Shown: one piece after another, positions 1 through 12,540 of the stretch
Position numbering within the stretch: the stretch's first letter is position 1
How the letters are laid out: every line of letters starts with the position of its first letter
Source: Selaginella moellendorffii
Taxonomy: Eukaryota > Plantae > Lycopodiophyta
Assembly (NCBI RefSeq): GCF_000143415.4
Contig: NW_003314353.1
Location: 136,919-200,918 of the forward strand
Length of the DNA stretch: 64,000 nucleotides
Direction of reading: 5' to 3'
The notes under the pieces: model-generated
Seen by the model: only the letters and a program-made list of their open reading frames with translations
Told to the model about the DNA's origin: nothing
Database searches by the model: none
Translations under genes and position numbers: made by a program

Positions 1-910
1 GAGCCAAAGAGCGACGGAACCGGACCACAGAGCAACTCCCAAGCATACAGCCCAAGGAGCAAAGGGACAGGAGCCCGGAGTGACTTTGGAACAGTCCTGG
101 AGCAACCAGCATCCCAATGCTAGGACCAGCACACAAAACAGAGCCAAACGGAGTCTAGCGCTATTTCGACATACCGGTGGCCTAACGCAAGGACATGGGT
201 ACTCCACCAGCTAGCATAGAATGGAACTTGGGCTTAGACTCAAGCCGAACACAAAACAAGGCCAAGCACACAAGCGGGAGCTACACTATGCCTCAGGTTA
301 GTCAACCATACCCCCCCCCCCCCCCTCCCCCCTTGAGGAACATACGCTTTGGGCTTTCACCCCAAGCCTCCCTTAGTACCAGGAGTTAGTCTCTGGGACA
401 AGCTTGAAACTTACTAAATATGGAATGGCGCTAGATTGCAAATTTGGACACGGGACGAACACCATTGTGTTTAGGCCGATCTCTACATTCTGTAGATATG
501 CCAAATGAGCAAATCTAGACACTTTCCCTAAATAGCATTTGGGACCGAAATGAGACTAACACAAAGGCATGATAGCGAGGGTGTTTAGCAGACATGGTAA
601 GTTATCATCCAGCGATATTGAGGGACTAATCTCAATACGCGAGGGTTCTTGTCACTAGCCAGTGCAAGACATAATGAGACGGGAACTCCTTACCGGGCTA
701 AGTACGCTTAGTTAATAACACGTAGGAATTTCGTCCTTATGCTCATCTGGTCTAAGTACACTCAAAATGCCCAGTTAACTCCACTAGCACAAAAGGGGCT
801 GATAAAGGGTCCAGTAATACCGACCTCCTGCCGTTGTGGCAGTAAGGAAAAAGTGTCCGTAAGGACTGGCTAACAGGTAACTTTCGATACCCGAAGTCAC
901 ATTTGCGACA
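1..910 (-). mobile_element. LTR of family A (same LTR as 57521-58653); 5' LTR or solo LTR, truncated by window start
   Basis: Colinear with ~57709-58653 and ends in the same terminus (gaagtcacatttgcgaca vs gaagtcacattcgcgaca); no PPT follows, a different LTR does. Confidence 0.9.
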
Positions 911-1120
911 AAAGAGTACCCATGAGGCTCATATAAAGCCACGGTGTTCTGAAATGTTGTTCCAAAGTCCCAAACTATGGAAAGAAAGAGGATAGTAGGA
1001 CTTAATGGTTAGTTCTGTGAGCCTTGACCCAGTGGCAGTGTTGGTGAACACGGCCATGGACAGAAAGGGATTCGTTGGGGACTGAAAAAGGGTATTAGGG
1101 AAGGCTATCCCCCATGTTTG
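911..1120 (+). mobile_element. Left piece of a family-B LTR split by the chromovirus insertion
   Basis: Similar to ~54367-54632 of the solo LTR (gagtacccatgagg...ggaaggctat). Confidence 0.85.
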
Positions 1121-2246
1121 TGTAAGTTACAAATTTTTCCTTTCCAATTTGTCAGCTTACCTCATCTATCCGACCAACATTGCCTTGGCTTTAGCTAAGT
1201 TCCCTCGCCAAGGTTCCCGCCTATGGTACCAGCTCCTACTTGGTCTTACTTGGTTTCAACTACTCACTGCACAAGCAACGGAGTGTTAGCCACCCATCCA
1301 TAGATTCCCAAATCTCTCCCAATCTCCCTCCCCGGGTTAGACTAGACTTAAGGTTCGGCTACACTCCCCACAGGCACAAGCAGCCAAGCACACCAAGCCT
1401 CCAGGTTCCTAACATCCTTTGGTACCACAACACTTGATCATGGGACCCTCTAAATCCCAAGTCTTGGGTGCAACACATGCCTCGGGACGCTAGCGCGAAA
1501 CACCGTGGCCTAACGGCCCAGCATGGGTACCTCTACCCCCCCACTTCCATCCCGAAGGGAAGGCCCAAGCCCCTAAGAAGGGCGAGGACCAATGAGCCGT
1601 TAGGTACTCAAGTGGGGCACCACTCCACATGAGTCGAGAGCACTACAGTCAGTTTCCCTTTCGGGAGTGGGAGTTGCTCTTGAGCACTTCCTTGGGTGAC
1701 CCCTCCGGCACCACCCGAGTCCATGCTCACTCCCACCCAAGGCCCTTCGGTTCCAGTCTGAACCTCAAGTCAGTTTAGAAGCACCACTGGAGAGTTCTTT
1801 CAAAACTGGTTCCTAGACCTCACTATCCCTACTATACTTTTGGAACCCCCTAAAGGCCCCCCCCCCCCCCCCCCCCCTGGGAGACGCACGCTTTGGGCTT
1901 TCACCCCTTGACCTGTATTAGTACTCGGACTCGGTCTCGGACTCGATCGATCTCAGACTCGATCTCGAACTCGATCTTGGACTTGATCTCGAACTCGACT
2001 TCAGACTCAACCTCGGACTCGGTCTCGGACCCGATCTCGGATCTCGGACTCTGTTTCGAACTCAGTCTCGAACTTAGTCTCCGAGTTAGCCTTGGACTCG
2101 ATCCCGGACTCTATCTCGAACTCGGTCTCAAAGTCGGTCTTGGACTCAATCTCAGACTCGGTCCCATCCGATGAACTCTTTGTCATTTTGGTCATACTTT
2201 TGGGGATCCTTTAGCCTACGACACCTCGGGGAGTTGGTTCCTTACA
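1121..2246 (-). repeat. 3' LTR of chromovirus
   Basis: tgtaag...cttaca; direct repeat of 8587-9682. Confidence 0.95.
1925..2165. repeat. Degenerate 6/12-bp tandem repeat (ctcgga/ctcgat/ctcggt) inside LTR; second copy ~9357-9600
   Basis: Visible hexamer periodicity producing spurious SRTRSR-type ORFs. Confidence 0.9.
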
Positions 2247-2258
2247 ACTCCACCACCC
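2247..2258 (-). other. Polypurine tract (gggtggtggagt) of chromovirus
   Basis: Purine-rich run immediately upstream of the 3' LTR on minus strand. Confidence 0.75.
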
Positions 2259-2679
2259 ATAGAAGAAGTTCAATGCCCATATCAAACGTCTCTTTTTTAT
2301 CCTTCGACTTGTTGACCATGTCTTTAAGGGCATCCCCCCACTTAGCGGTGTGTCTAAATTAGCCTCCCCGGCCAAGAGCCCATAACAATGGAATATAGGT
2401 GTCCCTATACCCCTCACCCCACCACGCCCTAGTATAGGGTTGGGACTTGAACCCAACCTTGCTTTACTAGAGGGTTGGGACTTGAACCCAACCTCCATAG
2501 AATACGTTTATGGATTTGACATCCCCGTGGGGAGTCGGGTGTAGTTCTCTACGCCTGGTCGACCTAGCTAACCCATGCTAATTAGCTTACCTTTGGCGTG
2601 CCTTCGAGTCCCAACATATGCCATTGCTCAACTTCATAAATTTATACTTTAATTGAACTTAGCATAAGTACATAGAGTT

Positions 2680-5600
2680 CTACCTTGCAGAAATTCCTCC
2701 ACTAGATCTCGCGCGTTTGCTAGGTTCTCCTTTGGTTCCCATGTTGCTTCACAGTGTGGAAATCCTTTCCTTCACATGGAACTCTCTCACTTCGCGTCCT
2801 TGTTGCTTGCTCTTGCACGCATTGAGGATGACTTCGACTTTGTATTCCTCCTCCCCTTGGATAACCTCAGGTAAAGGTCTTACTTGGTCCTTGCGAAGCG
2901 GATCCTCAAAGTATGGCTTGAGTAAATTCACATGGAACACTAGGTGCATCATCCCCATCTTGCGAGGATGTCAGATACAGTAAGCCACTTTACCGATTCG
3001 TGCCTCAATCTCGTAAGGCCCCACAAACCTGCTCATGGAACTCAAGATCAATTCATTTCCAAGAATACATGCATTTTTACCTTTGGGTCAACTTTCGGCT
3101 GATCCCACTTGGTAGCCTGAGGTTCTTGGTGTTCAGCCACACCTTCTCCCCAGCTTGGAACTCTACATCCCGACGCTTCTGGTTCGCGTACTTGGTTTGC
3201 CTTTGTTGAGCCCGTTCCAAGGAATCCCTTACTAGATTCCAAATGTTGAGTCTTTCTGCCATGAATGCCTCCACTGCGGGTAACTCTCTATGGTACTCAG
3301 CCACACTGAGTTCCATAAGACCTTCAATAGCTCGCCCATTGATGACTTCCCATAGACTCACCTCGATACTCAAATGTGGTGAGTTGTTATAACACATTTC
3401 CACAACTCCCAAATGACTTACCCAATCAATCTAGTCTCTTGAGACATAACATCACAAATAATCCTCTAGCTACCTATTCACCCTTTCCGTTTGTCTGTCT
3501 GTCAAGAGGTGTTAGTGCCATCAAACTTGATTTAATACCCCATACCTGTCTGTGGGTGATAGGCTGTGCTAAATTTCAACTTGGTGCAATACTGTTCTAC
3601 ATGAGTTCTCTAGAACCTACTAGTGAAGATCTTATCTCGATCTGAGATGATCTCCTCTGGCCTTCCCTGCACTCGAACCACTTGTTCGAAGAATAGCTTC
3701 GCCACACCTTCCGCATCCACTTCCGTTGTGGTGGGTATGAAATGTGCTATCTTCGAGAATCGGTCCACCACCACAAATATCGCATCGAACCCCTCACTTT
3801 GGGGGAATCCCATGATGAAGTCCATCGTAAGACATTTTTACTAAAAATCACTTTTCTTCTTTATCAAACTCCTCACCACCTTTCATCAAAGCCACCACCA
3901 ATTCCTGCAACTTCCGCGTCCCATATCTCCTTTCTTTCACCAGACAATCAGGACTCAAGGCTCTAGCGCTACTGGACTCAGGTGCAACTTCCTGCTTTAT
4001 GGACACGGACTTTGCTGCCCGACATCACGTTCCTCTTTCTCCTATCATACGGGATCTGAGGGTTGAAGGCATCGGCGGGCATTTTGTGTCTCCATCTTCT
4101 GGACTTAGGGAAACGTTGCCCGTTCGAGTACACATCGGGTCCACCATCACCGATATCGCCTTCAACATCATCAATAGCAAGTCCTCCTCTGTGGTGCTCG
4201 GTCTTCGTTGGTTTCAACTACATCAGCCTCAGATCTGTTGGAAGGACTTACAGCTCATCTCTCCCACATCAACATCATCTCCCACGGCTTCCCCTGCTGT
4301 TCATCGAGTCCGAATCAGGAAAAGTTCCCTAAACTCAAATCAGGGTTTTGTTCCTGACTCTACGCAGTTTTCACCCTCTTCTTTTTCCTCTTTTCCATCT
4401 TACACTAGACAGTATCCTCGTCTCATCACTCCATTCAGTCGTACACCTCCTCCTATCTCCACAATCACTATGAAAGAACTCCTTCATGAAGAACCTATTT
4501 TCCTTTTTGCTTTGCATGTTTTTCCTGTCAGTCTTCCTGAGAAGTATCATGATTTTGGGGATGTGTTTGACAAGAAAAAAGCTAGTGTACTGCCTGTTCA
4601 TCGGCCTTATGACTGTCCCATTGATTTACAGGAAGGAGCGTCACCTCCGTGGGGGCCTATCTATGGGTTATCCCCATCTGAGCTTAAGGCCCTCAAAGAG
4701 TACGTGGATGAGAACCTTGCCTCGGGGTACATTCAGCATTTGCAGTCCCCGGCTGGAGCACCTGTCTTCTTTGTCAAGAAGAAGGATGGGAGTTTGCGGC
4801 TAGTTATCGACTACCGAGGTTTGAACAAGGTGACTGTTCGGAACCGTTATCCGCTGCCCCTGATCTCGGACCTATTGGAACGCCTCGGCGGTGCCCGCTT
4901 CTTCACCAAGATCAACCTCCGTGGAGCATACAACCTGATCCGGATCCGGCCTGGTGACAATCTGGAATTGGGATGTTTTGTAACAAGCCCCCACTAGCTT
5001 TAGTCACGGATTTGACCTGCTGACATGTTAAACATGTCTTTACATAGTCTTGGACATCCTTAGCCATATCTGGCCAGTGGTACTTCCTCTTGAGTAAGCC
5101 CATCGTCTTGGGCACTCTGCCGTGTCCCGCAAGAGGTCCGTCATAACACTCTTCTAAGGCTACCTTCCTTAGTTCCCCTTCTAGAATATACACCCTCGTT
5201 TATTTGTAATAGATGAGTCCATTGTGTTTTGCTTAGCCCGTTTTCTCTTCCATTGGCAGCTCACCTCTCTAGTGAGCTTCCCGCACCTCTAGATTCCTCA
5301 GCAACACTTCTTGTGCTAGACCATCTTTCTCATATACTATCCGCACATCACCTCAAAAGGTCGCTGTCGCGCTGGATATCACCAACTTCAAGCTCCCTTT
5401 TTGACTTAGAGCATCCGCCACAATGTTGCTCTTCCTAGGCTTGTATAGAATCTCGCAATCAAACTCGGCCAAAGCATTGGCCCACCGACCCTATTTCCCT
5501 CTCAGGTCAGGCTATGACAAGAAGTGTTTCATTGCCACATTGATCGTGTAAACCTTGAAGTGTCTCCCAAGGTAGTGTCGCCACTCCTTGAGTGCCTTGA

Positions 5601-7260
5601 CCACCGCAAACAATTCCTTCTCGTGGGCAGGCCACTTCCGTTGAGCCTTGTCCAATTTTTTTGAGAAGAACGCTATTGGATGTTTGTCTTGCTTCAAAAC
5701 TACGCCTAACGCAAAGTCTGAAGCATCCGTTTCTACCTCAAAATCCTTACCAAAGTCTGATAACGCCAACATGGGAGTCTTCCTCAACTTCCCTTTGAGG
5801 TGGACAAATGCCACCTCGCATTCCACTGTCCATACCATCTTCCCTTTCCCGTTTGGTCTATTAAGATCAAGGCCACTCTTGAATAGTGCTTGATAAACTT
5901 TCGGTAGTGGTTGCATAGCCCCAAGAATGCCCTTAACTCGTGTATATTTGATGGTCACTCCCAATCCTGGATCGCTTGGACCTTCTCAAGGTCCACCTTG
6001 AGCCCGTCCTTGCCCACTACATGCCTGAGAAACTTTACCTCTTGTTGAACAAAGCCACATTTGCTCTCTTTAGCATACAGCTGGTGTTCCCTTAGTTTCT
6101 CAAACACTTTCGTTAAGTGTTCGGCATGCTCCTCTAGCGTCTCACTATAGATCATAATGTCGTCAATATAGACAACCACGAAGTGATCTAGATAGGGTAC
6201 AAAGATGTGGTTCATCAATGCCAAAAACATTGCCGACACATTGCATAGCTCAAAGGGCATCACCAGAAACTCGAAACTCTCATACCTTGTTCGATAGGTT
6301 GTCTTCTTGACATCTTCATCTACTACCCTGATTTGGTAATATCCTGACCTTAGGTCAATCCTCGAGAAGTATTTTGCCTTTCCCAACCTATCGAACAAGT
6401 CCTCAATCCTTGGCAAAGGATACTTGTTCTTCTTTGTATACTTGTTGAGCAACCAGTAGTCTATGCACATGCGCATAGATCCATCTTTCTTTTTCACAAA
6501 TAACACCAGTGCTCCATACGGCAACTTGCTCAATCTAACATACCCTTTGTCCACCAACTCCTCTAGTTGGCACTTGAGCTCCTCAAATTCCTTTTCGTTC
6601 AAACGATAGGGGGGACAAACCACCACCTTAGCACCCTTGACCAACTCAATCTTGTGTTCTATTGGTCGTGCGGGGGGCAACCCCACCGGTAGCTCCTCTG
6701 GCATGGTATCCTGGAATTGGTCCAACACCCGCTAATCACTAAAGGTACTTCTTCCGTTCCCGTCTTTTTGTCACTCTTCACCGAGAGTAAGCACAAAAAT
6801 GCTACCTTGGTTCCTTTAGTGAGTTGTCCTCTCATAGACACCAGGTTTAGGCAGGAATCTTTAGCCTTGCATTGCCCTACCTTTAGATCTTAGGCCTCCA
6901 CCCTAGATCTTTCTCTTTGAGCATTCGCTAGTACCACAAGGTTCCTACCTTGTCCATGCATGGTTACCACGAATCGATTGAATCAATCCATCCTGAAGAT
7001 TATGTCAAATCCTGCCATGTCCAACACGATGAAATCCATGTCTACTTTCCATGTCCCCACTTCGACTCTCGCTTGTCGAAGTATCTCATCGGTGCTTTGG
7101 CTACCTTGAACAAACTCTATCGTCCTTGATTCACCCAGCCGCTACACCTTTAGTCTGGCTTGCCGGACTATGTCTGCAGCCACAAAATTATCAGAAGCAC
7201 CCATGTCAATAAGGATCTTAACAAAGCTACCTTCGAGCTTCCCTCAGAGGGCTAGTAGAT
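2680..7260 (-). pseudogene. pol: Chromovirus pol pseudogene (protease, RT, RNase H, integrase, chromodomain), frameshifted and interrupted
   Basis: ILIDMGASDNFV (PR); [17 protein letters not shown] (RT 5955-6728); ETDASD, EKELFAVV (RH); AGHG..CLTC and MDFIMGFP..VDRFSK (INT); FHVNLLKPY..EEEYKVEVIL (chromodomain). Confidence 0.93.
3837..4958 (+). mobile_element. Inverted LTR-less fragment (protease + N-terminal RT) of a different Ty3/gypsy element inserted in the integrase
   Basis: [12 protein letters not shown] in frame with ORF 3999-4997: [59 protein letters not shown]. Confidence 0.9.
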
Positions 7261-7288
7261 GTCGCGAACGACTCTCTACTAAAGTTTC

Positions 7289-8527
7289 TCATGTAATGAG
7301 TAACTTTGAGTTAGGGACTGGATCACGTACCTCAGTTTGAATTTCACCCGACTTAATGGCCATATTGGCTCTGGCCTTCTTCGGGTAGGGACATTCCCTT
7401 GAGAAGTATCCTGCTTCACCACAGTTGTAGCATATATTGTTTCCCACACTGCTAGCCAACTTGCCCTTTTTATCCGTGGGTTTGTCTCTTTTTGCTTGAC
7501 TCCCCCACATACTTGCTCGCTAGCCACCGGATTTGCCTTTCCGGAACCCCAAGGACTCATTCTTAGAGAAACTCTTTTTGAATTTCCCTTTGCTATATGT
7601 TCCCCTTGGTTTGGCCCCTTTGCTAAATGTGGACCCTGACCCCGTCGTGTTCCCTTTTCGCAAGTTATTGTTAAAATGCACTTTGATAGCCGCATCCAAC
7701 GCTTCCTTGTAGTTGGTCGGGTTCCAACGCATCACCTCGCTGCAAGCCTAGGTTTGCAAGCCTGATATGAAGGCATGGAACACATCCATATCACCCATAT
7801 TCGTGACCAGTATCCTTTTCGCCATAAACCCATTCACATACTCTTGAATGGTTCTGGTCTGCTTCAGCCTACTCAACTCATCCCTCAAGTGCAGAGTAGC
7901 ATTCGGAAGAACATATGTCACGCGGATCCTCACCTTCATCATTTCCCAAATGGTCAGTGGTCCTTTGTTGGCCTCTGTTGTTCTCCACCAAGACTTGGCA
8001 TTATCTGCCAAGTATGGTTTTGCACATAGAACCTTCTCCGAGCTTGGTAACCGCAATACTCGAAAGTAGTCCTCCATATCGTAAAATGAATCCTCCACCA
8101 CCTTATAGTCATTCACTCCCTTGAAGACCGGTGAGGGCTTTGGTTTGTATTTCGGAATTGCTTGAGGGACTGATTCCACTTCGGTTTGTTTGACCTTGTT
8201 TGGTTCTGCCTCAATCCCTACCGAAGGGTCCGCACCTTCTGCACTGCCAGCATCCGCAGTCTTTTGCTTTTTCTTCCGCTTTTCGTCACGCTTTAGCTTG
8301 CATACGAAAGTCTCCAGCAGGGCATTGGTCTATGCCAATTGTCCTTCTAGAACGTCCAATCGAGCCTTGGACAATTGAACCTCGCCACTAAACTCCTGTT
8401 TGGAAGTTTCCTCACTAGAGTCCTCCTCATGCAAGGATTCCTCATTAGCCTCTTGTTCAACCAAAGGCTCCAACTCTGGTGAAGGTTACGTCTCCGCCTT
8501 GGTTCATTTACGCCATGCCTTTGCCAT
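7289..8527 (-). pseudogene. gag: Chromovirus gag pseudogene with zinc knuckle
   Basis: AKSWW...QTRTIQEYVNGF retrotransposon-gag pattern; CYNCGEAGYFSRECP knuckle (H->Y); stops and frameshifts. Confidence 0.88.
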
Positions 8528-8570
8528 CTCCTAGCAATCCGCCTCTATCCTTCGCTAGAACTGAGGAAAA

Positions 8571-8583
8571 GGCTCTAATACCA
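8571..8583 (-). other. Primer binding site (tggtattagagcc), tRNA-iMet type
   Basis: 3 nt from the 5' LTR end; one mismatch to TGGTATCAGAGC. Confidence 0.85.
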
Positions 8584-8586
8584 AAT

Positions 8587-9682
8587 TGTAAGCCACAAAT
8601 TTTTCATTTCCAATTTGCCACTATCCGACCAACACTGCTAGCTAAGTTCCCTCGGTAAGGTTCCCGCCTATGGTACCAGCTCCTACTTGGTCCTACTTGG
8701 TTTCAGCTACTCACTACACGAGCAACGGAGCGTTAGCCACTCATCCACGGATTCCCAAATCTCTCCCAATCCCCCTCCCCGGGTTAGACTAGACTTAAGA
8801 TTCGGCTACACTCCCCATACAGCCAAGCACACCAAGCCTCCAAGTTCCTAACATCCTTTAGTACCACAACACTTGATCATAGGACCCTCTAAATCCCAAG
8901 TCTTGGGTGCAACATATGCTTCGGGACGCCAGGGCAAAACACCGTGGCCTAACGGCCCAGTATGGGTACCTCTACCCCCCCACTTCCATCCCGAAGGGAA
9001 GGCCCAAGCCCTAAGAAGGGCGAGGACCAATGAGCCACTAGGTACTCAAGTGGGGCACCACTCCACATAAGCCGGGAGCACCGCAGTCAGTTTCCCTTTC
9101 AGGAGTGGGAGCTGCTTTTGAGCACTTCCTTGGGTGACCCCTCCGGCACCACCCGAGTCCATGCTCACTCCCACCCAAGGCCCCTCAGTCCCAGTCTCAA
9201 CCTCAAGTCAGTTTGGAAGCACCATTAGAGAGTTCCTTCAAAACTGGTTCTTGGACCTCACTATCCCTACTATACTTTTGGAACCCCCTACAGCCCCCCC
9301 CCCCCACCCCCGGGAGACGCACGCTTTGGGCTTTCACCCCTTGACCTGTATTAGTACTCGGACTCGCTTTCGGACTCGATCTCGGACCCAACTTCGGACT
9401 CAGTCTCGGACTCGATCTCGGACTCGACTTTGGACTCAACCTCAGACTCGGTCTTGGACCCGATCTCAGATCTCGGACTCAGTCTCGAACTCAGTCTCGA
9501 ACTCGGTCTTGAACTCGGTCTCCAGCCTCGGACTCGATCCCGGACTCTATCTCGAACTTGGTCTCAAAGTCGGTCTTGGACTCAATCTCAGACTCAGTCC
9601 CATCCGATGAACTCTTTGTCATTTCGGTCATGCTTTTGGGGATCCTTTAGCATACGACACCTTGGGGAGTTGGTTCCTTACA
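8587..9682 (-). repeat. 5' LTR of chromovirus
   Basis: Direct repeat of 1121-2246, adjacent to PBS. Confidence 0.95.
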
Positions 9683-9687
9683 GTTTG

Positions 9688-10008
9688 CAAGCATCTTAAG
9701 GATGCTAAGGAGTGGATCTAGGATAATCACTCATGGACAAATAGCCTAATATTTGAAAGACAGGATTGTAATGTAAGTGGTATTGGATCACTAGTGTGAT
9801 TAAAGGGAATGGGCATGGCCTTAGCGTAACCTGCTGATATGTCAGTGGTACCTTTGGGTGTTGGTCATAGGATTAGACATATGGAGCATTTGGACCAAGT
9901 GCAAAAGTTGAATGCATTCTTGGGGCTAGCAAGCCCCAAGTCCGAAATAAGACTTATGGAGGTTATGGTTAAGTGACTAAAGTAGAATGGAAAATTTAGT
10001 CAATTACA
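9688..10008 (+). mobile_element. Right piece (3' end) of the split family-B LTR
   Basis: Continues alignment to ~54633-54994 and ends aaagtagaatggaaaa...ttaca. Confidence 0.85.
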
Positions 10009-11310
10009 AAAGAAGTATCCAACAGTAGTTATAGATGCACTAACAAGAGCATCGACTTCCACCTACGGAGTCAAATAGTTAAAAGCATTAATGACATAAT
10101 GGAAAAGGCCTCATCAGATCAAATACCACTAACTAAAATAGATGGGAAACTAAAATTGACTCCAACTGTTCTTTTGTAGTACGAGGGGGAATATTACAAA
10201 CTTGGCACCAAACACAGCTATTCACATATAAGATAACATTATGTCGTATCTTCGGTAATATAAAAACTTATTCAATTTTTCAGTCATACAGTGATGTCCC
10301 ATTTACCTATCTAGAATAGGAGAATCATTGTAAATATGGAGAAAACGTGGAATAAAGATCAAAGGCACCACAAATCATAAATAAGCACCAAAATCTATCC
10401 TTATAAAATAAAGAAAATCATCTTCAAAGTGGTATTGAAAATGTAAATGCCGAAAGGGCAACTTATTAGCAAGTGATGTAAGATTTTCAAACTCATTGCA
10501 AATCTTTTGAATCCACGGCTCAACTTTTTAAGTTTTATGAACTTTGTCAAGAAATGGTAAATTTTGGTTTACAACTTATGAACATGGAATATCAAGTATA
10601 GCAACTATTGATGGCATAAAATCCTTATCTAGAAAATTCACAAAATGTTGAAACAATAGATTTGTCAAAAACATAAAAAAAGAGTAAAGAAGGAAAAGGA
10701 GCTTGAGAAATGGTATTATCATCAACTATAGAATTCCTCAGACATATATTTGAAGCTTCAAAACCCACCAAACAATATAACTAACTAAGTTCTTTTATTT
10801 TAATAATGAAATAACTACAATATAATCACCTTTTAGTTATATCCAAAAACCATGTAAATATGCATGAAATTTCTCGAAACCCCAAACCACTACTAAACAT
10901 TCTTTCTCTGTCATGGAGTAGTTCACCTCCATTAATTATAATATATGGCTAATATATGCAATAGGATGGTGTTGAACAAACATGTTTTCTATCAACACAC
11001 TTCCAAAATTAATATCATAAACATCCACATCCAAAATGACAGCTTGAATGTATTTAGAATATGCCAAAATTAAAAGAGTTGTTAACAACTTTTTAAAATT
11101 TGTAGATGCCTACTCATAATCTATAGATTAAATAAAAGATGATGTTGACAACTTCAACAATGCTTACAATGGGGTAGTATGATCATAAAGATGATCAATG
11201 AAACAACTAAGATATTGCACCTTACCTAAAAAACATTACACATCATTCACACACTTCAGAATAAATAACTTTGAAAACAAATCAAAAAACCAAGTTAAAT
11301 ATTAAATATT
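10009..11310 (-). pseudogene. Old AT-rich Ty3/gypsy pol relic (RT connection - RNase H - integrase zinc finger)
   Basis: Manual translation: FLGKVQYLSCFI..PL*ALLK; HPIAYISHIL*LMEVNYSMTEKECLVVVWGFEKFHAYLHG; CVWCQVC. Confidence 0.8.
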
Positions 11311-11464
11311 TTCAAAGGAAATGGAAATAGAAGTTCTTTTGGCACCCTCTCCTCAGCAGCAATATCCTAGACATCACACTCAAGCAAGCTTGCAGGCACT
11401 CTTTGAAAATTACCAATATTTTCTTGGAATGGCTTTAGTAAGACGCTTGGCAGAAGGACCAGCT

Positions 11465-11990
11465 CTAACATTGAGAAGAAGGGCTATGAATCCAACACGA
11501 TGGTCGCACTCTTCTCCACATGTATAGCAAGTGTCAGAGCTGCAGCAAGCCTTCAATGGGAGAACAGGGCCGTCATGGCAGACGATTGCCATCTCCATGT
11601 ATGCCCAGTCCACAAGCCTTTGCAACTTTTTGGGGAGATGGGTCAAAGAAATAGCGCCTGGCAAGATTGATGCTTGCTCAAGTTCTTTGGAGTTGGAGCA
11701 TGGAATGTTTTGCGTCGAAGAACTCAGCCATGAGTCACCTCCTCGTGGCCACTGCTCTCCTCAACATGTGTGAGTGGTGTAGAACTCTATGCTTGATGTT
11801 GCATGGTAAGCTTATTCATTCGTGTGTTGTTGAGAGTGGCTATCACGAGGTTCCTGACGTTGGTATTTTCCTTGTGAACATGTACGAAAAGTGCAATGCG
11901 GCCTTGAATGCTTTCCAAAGCTGGATCCGGTTCTATGGAACACTTTGATCGCAGCATATGCCAACACAAGCAATATAGTAGAGTTTGAAT
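11465..11990 (+). pseudogene. PLS-class PPR pseudogene fragment
   Basis: HGKLIHSCVVESG..VGIFLVNMYEKC; 5' part similar to 18700-19040. Confidence 0.7.
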
Positions 11991-12021
11991 ACCATTAATC
12001 CCGGCATTCGTTGCTATTGTC

Positions 12022-12540
12022 TCAGGCCCAGATATCACGGAGATGAACTTGATGGCTGTGTGATAGTCTCCACAGACTCCCAAGTTCTTCATGATCTTCA
12101 GTGGCAAAGCCCAAGCTTCTCGCTGTGATAGGTCCTTTTGCTCCTCCTCCACGCCGTGAGGCACCATCTTCGTATCTGGGACGTAGTCGGCATGTCTCAT
12201 CTCCCTTGGCAGCGCTGCTCCTCCAGCTTCGCAAATCTCCGCGGCCTCTGGCCCCCCACCGCAAACTCATAAATTCTCCCGCCTAGCTCGACCTAGCTCC
12301 TGCCTTTCTCCTTTTGCAAGCCTCTCTCTGCCATGGCCTGCTGCAGCGCTGGCCGGTCGAGAGAACCGTGGACTCTACATGCGAGTCATCCACACGCTGG
12401 CCTCGGTGTCTTGTGGCAGCCGGTTTATAAACTCCTCGGCCTCGTCCAGTCGTCCCAGGAGATCGATGATGCAGCCGTAGTGTGCCGAGCTTGGCTTCAC
12501 GTAGGGAATGGTGATGTAGCTTCCGCCCTCACATCGCGTT
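12022..12540 (-). pseudogene. PPR E/DYW-domain pseudogene fragment
   Basis: HYGCIIDLLG.., YVPDTKMV, PLKIMKNLGVCGDYHTAIKFIS. Confidence 0.85.

Larger units (their letters stand above)
1121..9682 (-). mobile_element. Full-length degenerate Ty3/gypsy chromovirus LTR retrotransposon
   Basis: TG...CA LTR pair, 5-bp TSD GTTTG (1116-1120, 9683-9687), PBS, PPT, domain order gag-PR-RT-RH-INT-chromodomain on minus strand. Confidence 0.96.

Noticed and set aside
1893-2195. Ser/Arg/Thr-rich ORFs (also 9134-9699 and 53151-54110)
   Set aside because: Artefacts of hexamer/dodecamer tandem repeats inside LTRs
2438-2493. tRNA gene
   Set aside because: Only T-arm-like hairpins; no acceptor, D or anticodon arms visible
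10985-11050. Retroviral protease motif (VILDVDVYDINFG)
   Set aside because: Context (followed by HPIAY..EKECL) shows it is a decayed RNase H DAS motif
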